64,000 nucleotides of DNA from an uncultured Acidobacteriota bacterium. Lineage in GTDB: Bacteria > Acidobacteriota > Thermoanaerobaculia > UBA5066 > DATFVB01. Under the pieces are notes generated by a model. The model was not told the DNA's origin and made no database searches. It was given only the letters and a program-made list of their open reading frames with translations. Made by a program: the position numbers and the translations under genes. Location: positions 416,001 through 480,000 of the forward strand of contig CAWEYG010000002.1 of the NCBI GenBank assembly GCA_963813155.1. The letters run 5' to 3'. Shown one piece after another: positions 52,848 to 60,923 of this stretch. The number at the start of each line of letters is the position of its first letter. Within the stretch, counting starts at the first letter, position 1.

Positions 52848-53435
52848 ATGTTTTCAATTCCGAAAGGCACGCCCGCGGGCTGGCTTACCGGCTGCGGCGT
52901 TTTTGCGGCCCCAGTTTTTCTCATCCTCTCAGTTCCTTCGTGGCGGCAATCCATGACAGGCATGGGGCTAGCCTTCGTGTTCGGGTTCATTTCCATCTCC
53001 GCGCTCGTGCTAGCTGGTAGGGAGCACTGGCTCGGGGAGGGACGTAACGAAGGCGTTGCTCAAGGACGAACCCAGGCGCTTGCAGAGTCGGAAAAGGCCA
53101 GAGTGATCGCGAGCGCCGCGGCCGTCGACACTTCCCTCCCCGCGCCAACCGTGCTTCCTGCGCCCACCTCGCCTCCTCCGCCGCCCGCCGCGGTTGCTGC
53201 ACCAGAAGAGAAGCAGAAACAGCTGGCGATTCGCACGCCAACTCGGGAGGAGATAAGCCTCTACCTCAATTCTCTCCCGCTATTGCAAGTCGAACAGGCC
53301 GCAAAGCATCTTCTTCGACCCATTGGTCAGCCGCGTGAACCGTCGGCCTTCATCACCCGTTCATCTCCCGCGGGTAATCGTCGGCCCGCTTGGAGCACGA
53401 GTTTCACTGGGACTGTCCCGAGTGCGGCGAGATGA
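52848..53435 (+). CDS. Hypothetical membrane protein (two TM segments, Pro-rich linker); 3' end uncertain
   Basis: Hydrophobic N-terminal segments; atypical composition. Confidence 0.4.
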   Translation: MFSIPKGTPAGWLTGCGVFAAPVFLILSVPSWRQSMTGMGLAFVFGFISISALVLAGREHWLGEGRNEGVAQGRTQALAESEKARVIASAAAVDTSLPAPTVLPAPTSPPPPPAAVAAPEEKQKQLAIRTPTREEISLYLNSLPLLQVEQAAKHLLRPIGQPREPSAFITRSSPAGNRRPAWSTSFTGTVPSAAR

Positions 53436-53597
53436 ACGCGACCCTTCTGGATTCGCAGCCTGCCGCGCGATCGCCTTCCGGCGCTGATCGGGAATCAGGG
53501 CCATTCGAGTTTTTCCGGCGGCTAGACCGCCCCTGCGGCCCAGGGCCACGGCATGGGGGTTTTTGCGCGTCCGTTTGGCCTTAGAGCCGCGTTCCAC
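53361..53597 (-). CDS. Small basic protein of the KNPxAVALGRxGG type (mobile-element associated), possibly degraded
   Basis: KNPHAVALGRRGGLAAGKTR...RRKAIARQAA. Confidence 0.5.
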   Translation of the reverse strand: MERGSKAKRTRKNPHAVALGRRGGLAAGKTRMALIPDQRRKAIARQAANPEGSRSSRRTRDSPSETRAPSGPTITRGR

Positions 53598-53762
53598 GGC
53601 CTCCCCCCGTCGTCATTTGGGCCAGCACGCGGAACGGTGGCTGATTCTCGTCCTCGTCGATGCTACGGCGCTTTGGCAGACAAGGAGTATAATCTCGCTC
53701 CTTAGAACGCAACGGGGAAGGGCAGCGAGTGAAGGAATTCTTCGGGAATGCCCGAGCTGCGG

Positions 53763-54124
53763 TGCACGAAGTCCTCCCACAGGGAAGGAGCGCGCAGCAT
53801 CCGACCCGCCCCGCGTCCTCGCGCCCAGCCGAGCGAGGAGTCCCCGTCCGTCCTGTCGTAGAACGGCGTCAGGTCATGGCCGAGCGAAAAGATCCGGGCC
53901 GTCCACTCGCGGATCTTCGCCGCGGGCGCCGGCGGGAACGACTCGACGGCCAGCCCGCGCGGCCCCTCCGAAAAGACGAGCGCGACCGCGCTTCCCTCGT
54001 GCTCGACGGTGACCGAGGGCCGCGCGGCCGCGCGGTCGTACGCGAACGGAGGAAGGTCGTACCAGCCGTGCGACCGGGCCACGGCGTCGAGCCGGAAACC
54101 GTCCGACGGGGACCGGGAAAAGGG
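53763..54124 (-). pseudogene. N-terminal fragment of an HhH-GPD/OGG-like DNA glycosylase
   Basis: FRLDAVARSHGWYDLPPF...GAGRMLRAPSLWEDFV, then resemblance stops; no HhH motif follows. Confidence 0.55.
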
Positions 54125-55396
54125 CTATTCGTACCGGAGCGACTCGATCGGATCGAGCCGGGAGGCCTTCACCGCCGGATACGCTCCAAAGAAGATTCCC
54201 ACGGTCATCGACACGGCGAGCCCGACGAGGATCGACCACAGCGGCACCGACGCCGGCAGCGAGATCGGCAGCGCGCGAACGAGGGCCGCCATGCCGATGC
54301 CGAGCAGGACGCCGATCACTCCGCCGATCGTCGACAGCGTCACCGCCTCCGTCAGGAACTGGCCGATGATGTCGCGCCGGAACGCGCCGACGGCCTTGCG
54401 AATTCCGATCTCGCGGGTCCTCTGCGTCACGGAGACGAGCATGATGTTCATGACGCCCACTCCCCCGATCAGAAGGGAAATCAGGGCGATCAGAATCATC
54501 GCGCCCGTGATCCCACCGGTGATCGCTTTGAACTGATTGATCAGCTGGTCCGGCGTCGAGATCGCGAAGTTGTTCGGCTTGTTGAAGGGAACGTGGCGGC
54601 GAAGCCTCAGGATCTCGGTTCCCTGCTCGATCATTTTGTTGAGGTCTTCCGGGCGTTTCGGGACGACGCTGATGTTGGAGATCCCGTCCTTTCGCACTTC
54701 GAAACCGAACTGCTTTTCGAACGTTCCGTACGGAAGCACGACCTTGTTGTCCGGAGACCAGCCGAACTGCGCGCCCTTCCTCTCGAGCACGCCGACGACG
54801 AGATAGCGCAGGCCGTTCACCGTGACGACCTTTCCGATCGGGTCCTCGCTCGGGAAGATCGCGTCCTTCACGTCCGCGCCGATGACGACCTCCAGCGCGC
54901 TGTGCTCCACTTCGAGCGGCGTGAAGAATCGCCCGTGGCCCACGACGTACGCGGTCGCCTGCGGATATTGATGGTCCACGCCGAGAACGTAGGGATTGTT
55001 CGCCTCGAGGCTGCCGTTCTTGACGTGGATTTCCGCGTCGAAGTACCCGACGAGGCCGGACACCGCCGCGGCATCGGGCAACGCCTCGCGCATCGCCTTG
55101 ACGTCGTCCATCGTCAGGTTCGGGCGGTATTTCTCCTCGTCGCTCGACGGCTTTCCGCCGAACCGATCTTCGTATTTCTGGAACTCGATCCGGTTCGCGC
55201 CGAACGCCTGAAGGTTCCCGATCACGTTGTTGTTGAAGCCCGTGACGATCGAGACCATCGCGATCACGGTCGTGACCCCGACGACGATGCCGAGGACCGT
55301 GAGGCCGGAGCGGAGCTTGTGCTCGCGAAGCGCATTGAACGCGAACCGGATGTTCTCGAAGAAACCGCGCCGAAAGGTCTCGATCAAACGATTCAT
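54125..55396 (-). CDS. MacB/FtsX-family ABC transporter permease
   Basis: LRSGLTVLGIVVG, GVGVMNIMLVSVTQRTREIG, ASRLDPIESLRYE. Confidence 0.92.
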   Translation of the reverse strand: MNRLIETFRRGFFENIRFAFNALREHKLRSGLTVLGIVVGVTTVIAMVSIVTGFNNNVIGNLQAFGANRIEFQKYEDRFGGKPSSDEEKYRPNLTMDDVKAMREALPDAAAVSGLVGYFDAEIHVKNGSLEANNPYVLGVDHQYPQATAYVVGHGRFFTPLEVEHSALEVVIGADVKDAIFPSEDPIGKVVTVNGLRYLVVGVLERKGAQFGWSPDNKVVLPYGTFEKQFGFEVRKDGISNISVVPKRPEDLNKMIEQGTEILRLRRHVPFNKPNNFAISTPDQLINQFKAITGGITGAMILIALISLLIGGVGVMNIMLVSVTQRTREIGIRKAVGAFRRDIIGQFLTEAVTLSTIGGVIGVLLGIGMAALVRALPISLPASVPLWSILVGLAVSMTVGIFFGAYPAVKASRLDPIESLRYE

Positions 55397-55406
55397 GACT
55401 TCCTCC

Positions 55407-56621
55407 TCATTCGAACCGCAGGGCCTCGACCGGCGGCAACTTCGATGCCGACGTCGAGGGCGCCAGACCCGCGAGCAGGCCCGTGATGGTCGCCGTCGCG
55501 ATCCCGATCAGGATGAACACGAGCTTGACCTCGGCCGGAAAGATCTGGCTCACCGCCATCGCGATGAGCGAGCCGAGGATCACGCCGACGATACCGCCCG
55601 ACGTCGCGAGCAGGGCCGATTCGAGCAGGAACTGGCGCTTGATGTCGCGCCGCCGCGCGCCGAGCGCCATCCGCAGGCCGATCTCCTTCGTTCGCTCCAC
55701 GACCGACACGAACATGATGTTCGCGATCACGATCGCTCCGACGACGAGCGAGATTCCCGAGATCAGCAGCATCAACCCGAACGCGCTCGCGGAAATCGAG
55801 TTCCACAGCGACTGGATCGCCTCCGAGCCGACGATGCCGAAAGGGTCCTCCGCCGAAAACGGGGTCTTTCGCAGCGACCGAAGGATCGTGCGGACCTCGT
55901 CCTGCGTCCGGTTGAGGCCGGCCATGCCGCCGACGGGGCGCACGAAGATCGACAGATCGTCCTTCGAGGTCATGATCTTTCGGACGAAGGAAGCGGGCAG
56001 AAACACGACGTTGTCCCGGCTCTGGCCCAGCACGTTGCCGAGCTTGGACTGAAGGCCGATCACCGTCACGGGATAGCCCGAAACGTAGAGCGTGCGGCCG
56101 AGGGGGCTGATCGACGGGAAGCACTGATCCTTCACGTCGTAGCCGATGACGGCGACGGCCGTCGCATGATCGTCCTCCACGGGAGTGAAGAATCGACCCG
56201 ATTCGAGGTCCACGTTGAGCATCGACGCCATGTTCGCGCTGTAGCCTTCGACCGTGACGCCCGAGAGCTTGCGCGGACCGACGTGCACGTTGGCCTGCTC
56301 CTCGAAGTTCACGCCGACGGCCGCGCAGGACTTGCATTCCTTCTCGACGAGCTGCGCGTCCCGCATCGTGACGGGCTTGCGTTTCTTCGCGAGCAGATAT
56401 TCCTGGCGGCCGCGAATGATCCCGTATTTCGTGAAGACGAGAACGTCCGGGTTCAGGTTCAGCACCTTGTCCCGGACGTATCCGTTCAATCCGCTGATCA
56501 CCGACACCACCGCGACGACCGTCATCACGCCGATGATCACGCCGAGCAGCGTCAGGAACGAACGCAGCTTGTTGCGCCGCAGCGCGCTGAAAGCAACCTG
56601 GAAGAGCTCGGCGAAGCTCAC
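55407..56621 (-). CDS. MacB/FtsX-family ABC transporter permease
   Basis: LRSFLTLLGVIIG, NIMFVSVVERTKEIG, PVEALRFE. Confidence 0.92.
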   Translation of the reverse strand: MSFAELFQVAFSALRRNKLRSFLTLLGVIIGVMTVVAVVSVISGLNGYVRDKVLNLNPDVLVFTKYGIIRGRQEYLLAKKRKPVTMRDAQLVEKECKSCAAVGVNFEEQANVHVGPRKLSGVTVEGYSANMASMLNVDLESGRFFTPVEDDHATAVAVIGYDVKDQCFPSISPLGRTLYVSGYPVTVIGLQSKLGNVLGQSRDNVVFLPASFVRKIMTSKDDLSIFVRPVGGMAGLNRTQDEVRTILRSLRKTPFSAEDPFGIVGSEAIQSLWNSISASAFGLMLLISGISLVVGAIVIANIMFVSVVERTKEIGLRMALGARRRDIKRQFLLESALLATSGGIVGVILGSLIAMAVSQIFPAEVKLVFILIGIATATITGLLAGLAPSTSASKLPPVEALRFE

Positions 56622-56622
56622 T

Positions 56623-57936
56623 TCAGCTCTTCTCGGCGGACTCGCCGTCCTTCTTTTCTTTCTCGACGACGACCTTGTCGCCGTCCTTGATCGACCGCAG
56701 CGCCTTGAACGGCCCCGTGATGATCTCCTGCCCGGCCGTGACGCCCCCCTTGACCTCGACGGCCAGCTCCCCGGAGAGGCCCGTCTGGATGTTCGCGAAT
56801 TCGGCCTTTCCGGCCTTCAGGACGTAGGCGCCTTCTTCGGTCTTGACCTTTCCGGAGGCGGTCTTTTCCTTCTTCGGGGAATCGCGCACGACGACCGCCG
56901 AGAGGGGAATCGTCAGCACGCCCGGCTTCGTGCCCGTGATCACGTCGGCCGTCACCGAGAAGCCGGGCCGAATCGTGTCGGGGGGATTGACGACCTTCAC
57001 CCGGACCTTGAAATTGATCGCGTCGCTCGTCGTCGTCAGGCCCTGCAGATCCGGATCGTTCGGCAGGATCGGAGAGTTCCCCACTTCGGTCACGATGCCG
57101 TCGAACGGATGATTCGGGTAGGCGTCGACGGTGACAATCGCCTTCTGGCCGACCTTCACGTTCGGCACGTCGGTCTCGTCGACCATCAGCACCGCTTCGA
57201 CCGTCGCCATATCGGAGACCGTCATCAGCTGCGTGCCGGCGTTGTTCATCGTTCCGATGACCGTGACCTCGCCCTGTTTGATCGGCAGCGCCGTGACGAC
57301 GCCGTCGAGCGGCGCCCGAACGGTCGTCTTCGACAACGTGTCGCGCGATCCGTTGAGGTTCGCGCGACCCTGGTCGATCCGGTTCTGGGCGCCCTGGTAG
57401 TTTGCGGCCGCGGTGTCGAGCGTGGACTTCGCCTTCTGGTAGTCCGCCTCGGAAAGAATGTTCGCCTCGAAGTTCTTCTTCGCGCGCTCGTAGTCGCGGC
57501 GCGCCTGTTCCATCGTCGCTTTCGAGGAATCGCGATCGGACAGGCTCGCCTGCAGGGCGGCGGCGGAGCCCGCCTCTCCGGCAGCCGCCTGGTTCTTGTC
57601 GATCTGCAGAAGGAAGTCGCCCTTCTTGACGTGGTCCCCTTCGCGGACGGCGAGGTTCACGATCTGGCCCATGACGAGGGCGGAAAGATCGACTTTCTTC
57701 TCGGCCTGGATCTTGCCGTTGGCCGTCACCTTCGACACGATGTCCTGGAGCTCGACTTTGGCCGTCTGGACCCGCGGGATTTTCGCGTTTTTCGCGCGGA
57801 TCGAGCTCATCACGACGAGCGCGACGATCACGACGGCGATCGCGATGATGATCTTCCACTTTTTCGAGAGCTTCCGCCGGGCCGGGGCGATCAACACGGG
57901 CGGCTCGAACTGGGTTTCCGGATTCGTCGTAGACAT
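56623..57936 (-). CDS. Efflux periplasmic adaptor subunit (MacA-like)
   Basis: TM anchor, VREGDHVKKGDFL, coiled coil, APLDGVV, VDETDV. Confidence 0.92.
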   Translation of the reverse strand: MSTTNPETQFEPPVLIAPARRKLSKKWKIIIAIAVVIVALVVMSSIRAKNAKIPRVQTAKVELQDIVSKVTANGKIQAEKKVDLSALVMGQIVNLAVREGDHVKKGDFLLQIDKNQAAAGEAGSAAALQASLSDRDSSKATMEQARRDYERAKKNFEANILSEADYQKAKSTLDTAAANYQGAQNRIDQGRANLNGSRDTLSKTTVRAPLDGVVTALPIKQGEVTVIGTMNNAGTQLMTVSDMATVEAVLMVDETDVPNVKVGQKAIVTVDAYPNHPFDGIVTEVGNSPILPNDPDLQGLTTTSDAINFKVRVKVVNPPDTIRPGFSVTADVITGTKPGVLTIPLSAVVVRDSPKKEKTASGKVKTEEGAYVLKAGKAEFANIQTGLSGELAVEVKGGVTAGQEIITGPFKALRSIKDGDKVVVEKEKKDGESAEKS

Positions 57937-58031
57937 GACTCCTCAGTTTCTGGATGGCGGAAAAGTCCCGCCTCTCGAACCATATTACGTTCCTGGAACC
58001 GGTTTGTTTTGGACTATAATCCCGCCCCCGC

Positions 58032-58121
58032 GGAGGGGTGCTGGAGTGGTTGATCAGGCCGGTCTCGAAAACCGGTAAACCCGAAAGGGTTTCGAGGGTT
58101 CGAATCCCTCCTCCTCCGCCA
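58032..58121 (+). tRNA. tRNA-Ser (anticodon CGA)
   Basis: GGAGGGG acceptor stem; anticodon arm CCGGT-CTCGAAA-ACCGG; long variable arm; GGTTCGAATCC; CCA end; TATAAT at 58015. Confidence 0.95.
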
Positions 58122-58256
58122 AATTCAGCCGGATTCGGCACTTACGAGCCATCTCCCGGGAATCCAGAAGGCGTGGCAGACGATCCGGCGCCGGATTCCG
58201 CTGATCGCGTTCGTGATCGTCTCCGCGCAATTCTCACGGGTTTAGAATGCGTCATC

Positions 58257-59333
58257 TTGTCTCGCCGCCTCTGGCTGATCGGAGTTCTCGTGTGGGCCGC
58301 GCTGCTCTACGGAGTCGCGTTCCTGGCCGTCGCGCGATTCGGGCCGGTCCGGGTCGGAGGAGTTCCGCTGCCCGGCATTTCGCCCCGTCTTCTCGAACGA
58401 GCCCCCTTCGCGCGGTGGGACTCCCACTGGTACGGGCGCGTCGCAATCGGGGGCTACGAAGGCAGCGGCGAGGGGAACTACCGGGACACGGCCTACTTCC
58501 CGCTCTATCCGGCTCTCCTCTCGGCCGTCTCCCGGACGACCGGCCTTCATCCCTTTTTCGCGGGCGAGGCGGTTTCCCTCCTCTGCCTTCTGGGCGCCGT
58601 CGGGTTGTTGTTCGCGCTCGCGCGCGAGGAAGGTTTCGACCCCGACGCGACCCTGCGGGCGCTGCTTTTTTTCCCGGCGGCGTTCTTTTTTCTCGCCTGC
58701 TACACCGAATCGCTCTTTCTGCTGACGACGGCCGGGTCGCTCCTCGCGCTCCGAAGAAGACGATTCGCCGCGAGCGCGGCGTGGGGGTTTCTCGCAGCGC
58801 TGACCCGGCCGACCGGATTCTTGCTCGTCCTCCCGATTCTCTGGGAGGCGCGCGACCGGAAGGCCCGCCCCGGAGTCTTTCTTTCCGCCGCCGGTCCGGT
58901 GGCCGGGACGGGAGCTTTCGCGATTTTCCTGTGGGTGAAGTTCGGATCGCCGCTGACGTACGTCCGCGCGCAGAAGGCGGGCTGGAGATACCACCTCGCG
59001 TGGCCATGGCGGCCGTTCATCGAAGCGTGGCGCTGGCACCCCACGCACCGCGCGAGCGCGCTCGCCGCCATTCTCTTCGGGGCGATCGGCATCTGGATGC
59101 TGCGGAGATGGACCGGCTACGCCCTTTACGTCCTCGCCTCACTCGCGCTCATTCTCGAGAGGGGGAACCTGAGCAGCGCCGTCCGCTATGGAATCGTTCT
59201 CTTCCCCGCGTTCTTCGTCCTCGGCGAGGCCATGCGCCGATCGAAACCGTTCGAGCGGCTCTACACGATGGCAGGGATTGTCGGCCTCGCCGTTTATACC
59301 GCGTGGTTCGCCGTCGGATTCTGGGTCGGCTGA
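58257..59333 (+). CDS. Membrane glycosyltransferase, GT-C fold (mannosyltransferase PIG-V-like)
   Basis: RWDSHWY, AYFPLYP, YTESLFL, LTRPTG, multiple TMs. Confidence 0.8.
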   Translation: MSRRLWLIGVLVWAALLYGVAFLAVARFGPVRVGGVPLPGISPRLLERAPFARWDSHWYGRVAIGGYEGSGEGNYRDTAYFPLYPALLSAVSRTTGLHPFFAGEAVSLLCLLGAVGLLFALAREEGFDPDATLRALLFFPAAFFFLACYTESLFLLTTAGSLLALRRRRFAASAAWGFLAALTRPTGFLLVLPILWEARDRKARPGVFLSAAGPVAGTGAFAIFLWVKFGSPLTYVRAQKAGWRYHLAWPWRPFIEAWRWHPTHRASALAAILFGAIGIWMLRRWTGYALYVLASLALILERGNLSSAVRYGIVLFPAFFVLGEAMRRSKPFERLYTMAGIVGLAVYTAWFAVGFWVG

Positions 59334-59810
59334 GTTTCCGGCCCTGCCGGAGCGTCTCCGAAGGCGAAAAAAATCCCGGAGCGCGGCTCCGGACTCCTCC
59401 GCGAGCACTCCTCCGGCGACCTCGCACCGGTGATTGAGCCTCGGGTCCGAAGCGAGATTTCCGAGGGACGAAACGTAACCCGCCTTCGGGTCGGCGCACC
59501 CGTAGACGATCCTTGCGATCCGGGCGTTGACGCAGGCGCCCGCGCACATCGCGCACGGCTCGAGCGTGACGTACAGCGTGCAGCCGTCCAGGCGCCACGA
59601 CCCGATCTTCCGGGCAGCCCGGCGAATCGCCTGAACCTCGGCGTGGGCCACGGGGTCATGCTTTGTTTCCCGCTGGTTGCAGCCGACGGCCACCAGCCGG
59701 TTCCCGCAAACGACCACGGCCCCGACGGGCACCTCTCCCCGGCGCGACGCGAGTCTCGCCAGGCGCAGGGCCCGGCGCATCGCGGATTCGTCCTCTTCCT
59801 TCCGGTTCAT
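59139..59810 (-). CDS. tadA: tRNA adenosine(34) deaminase
   Basis: EVPVGAV, HAE, TLEPCAMC, DPKAG, LNHR, FFRLRR. Confidence 0.92.
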   Translation of the reverse strand: MNRKEEDESAMRRALRLARLASRRGEVPVGAVVVCGNRLVAVGCNQRETKHDPVAHAEVQAIRRAARKIGSWRLDGCTLYVTLEPCAMCAGACVNARIARIVYGCADPKAGYVSSLGNLASDPRLNHRCEVAGGVLAEESGAALRDFFRLRRRSGRAGNSADPESDGEPRGINGEADNPCHRVEPLERFRSAHGLAEDEERGEENDSIADGAAQVPPLENERE

Positions 59811-59995
59811 TCGAGGTTCATTGTTTTCTCGCGCGTCAAGGATTTCAAGAAATGCTTGCGTTTCCCGGGAGAGCGCGCTAGATTCCTCGAATTCTCGGTG
59901 GATTTGACCTTCGGAGATATCGACAACCGGCATGATAACGTGAAAAAAAGCCGCAGCGGATTCCGCGGCGGCGTGAAAGGAAAGGAAGGATATTC

Positions 59996-60286
59996 ATGGC
60001 AAAAGCGATGACCAAGTCCCAGATCGCCGATCAGCTCAGCAAGAAAACCCTCGTCACGAAAAAAGTGGCGACCCAGTTCCTGGAGGAGCTCGCGGGTCTG
60101 GCGTACCGGGAAGCGAAGAACTCCTTTACGATCCCGGGACTCGGCAAAATCGTGCTCGTGAACCGGAAGGCCCGCATGGGGCGCAACCCCGCCACCGGCG
60201 AGGCGATCAAGATCGCGGCGAAGCGCGTCGTCAAGTTCCGCGTGGCGAAGGCCGCCAAAGACGCGATCCTCGGCGCGAAGAAGTAA
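59996..60286 (+). CDS. HU family DNA-binding protein
   Basis: MTKSQI, RKARMGRNPATGEAIKI, VKFR. Confidence 0.95.
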   Translation: MAKAMTKSQIADQLSKKTLVTKKVATQFLEELAGLAYREAKNSFTIPGLGKIVLVNRKARMGRNPATGEAIKIAAKRVVKFRVAKAAKDAILGAKK

Positions 60287-60312
60287 GTTTCCTCTCCCGT
60301 CACGAATCGATC

Positions 60313-60342
60313 AGGCGCGGTCCTCCGCGCCTTTTCTTTTTT
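60313..60342 (+). terminator. Rho-independent terminator after HU
   Basis: aggcgcgg-tcct-ccgcgcct followed by a T run. Confidence 0.8.
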
Positions 60343-60361
60343 CGCCCGCCGGCCCCGATCC

Positions 60362-60390
60362 TTGAAATCCCGGGGCCTTTTCGCTACTCT
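60362..60390 (+). promoter_or_regulatory. Sigma70-type promoter of tRNA-Arg
   Basis: TTGAAA-17 nt-TACTCT, 10 nt before the tRNA. Confidence 0.65.
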
Positions 60391-60400
60391 GCCGCTCCCT

Positions 60401-60477
60401 GCGCCCGTAGCTCAATTGGATAGAGCATCTGACTACGGATCAGAAGGTTGGGGATTCGAATTCCTCCGGGCGCACCA
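60401..60477 (+). tRNA. tRNA-Arg (anticodon ACG)
   Basis: GCGCCCG/CGGGCGC acceptor stem; TCTGA-CTACGGA-TCAGA; TTCGAAT; CCA end. Confidence 0.96.
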
Positions 60478-60533
60478 TTGATTCGCGGCCCCGATTCCCT
60501 GTTAGAATCTCGCCGCCACCAGGAGGTAGAAAC

Positions 60534-60910
60534 ATGAAGAAGACCCTCGCACTCATCATATCGATCGCCGCCGTCGCGAGCACGCTCGCGTTCGCGGCCG
60601 GAAGCCCGAATCTCACCCCCGCGGAAGCGGCGGCGCACATCGGGGAGACCCGCACCGTTTGCGGCGCCGTCGCCAGCGCCGACTACGTGCCCTCGATGCA
60701 GGACAAGCCGACCTTCATCAACCTGGACAAACCGTATCCGAACCAAATTTTCACGATCATGATTTCGGGAGCGAACCGGCGAAGTTCGGCCAGCCGGAGG
60801 TCACCTACAAGGGAAAACGGATCTGCGTGACGGGCGTGATCAAAACGTTCCGCTCAAACGCCCAGATCAACGTTACATCGCCCGACCAGATTCGCGTCCA
60901 GGACAAATAA
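60534..60910 (+). CDS. Small secreted OB-fold-like protein (frameshift near 60780)
   Basis: AGGAGG RBS; signal peptide; PTFINLDKPYPNQIFT continues in another frame as YKGKRICVTG. Confidence 0.7.
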
Positions 60911-60923
60911 AACGATCCGCTCG

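Noticed and set aside
53172-53182. 11-bp match (cctcctccgcc) to the tRNA-Ser 3' end as an att site
   Set aside because: Too short, lies in Pro-rich coding sequence upstream of the tRNA, and no integrase is present
58038-58256. N-terminal extension of the glycosyltransferase ORF
   Set aside because: Overlaps tRNA-Ser; TTG at 58257 is the more plausible start
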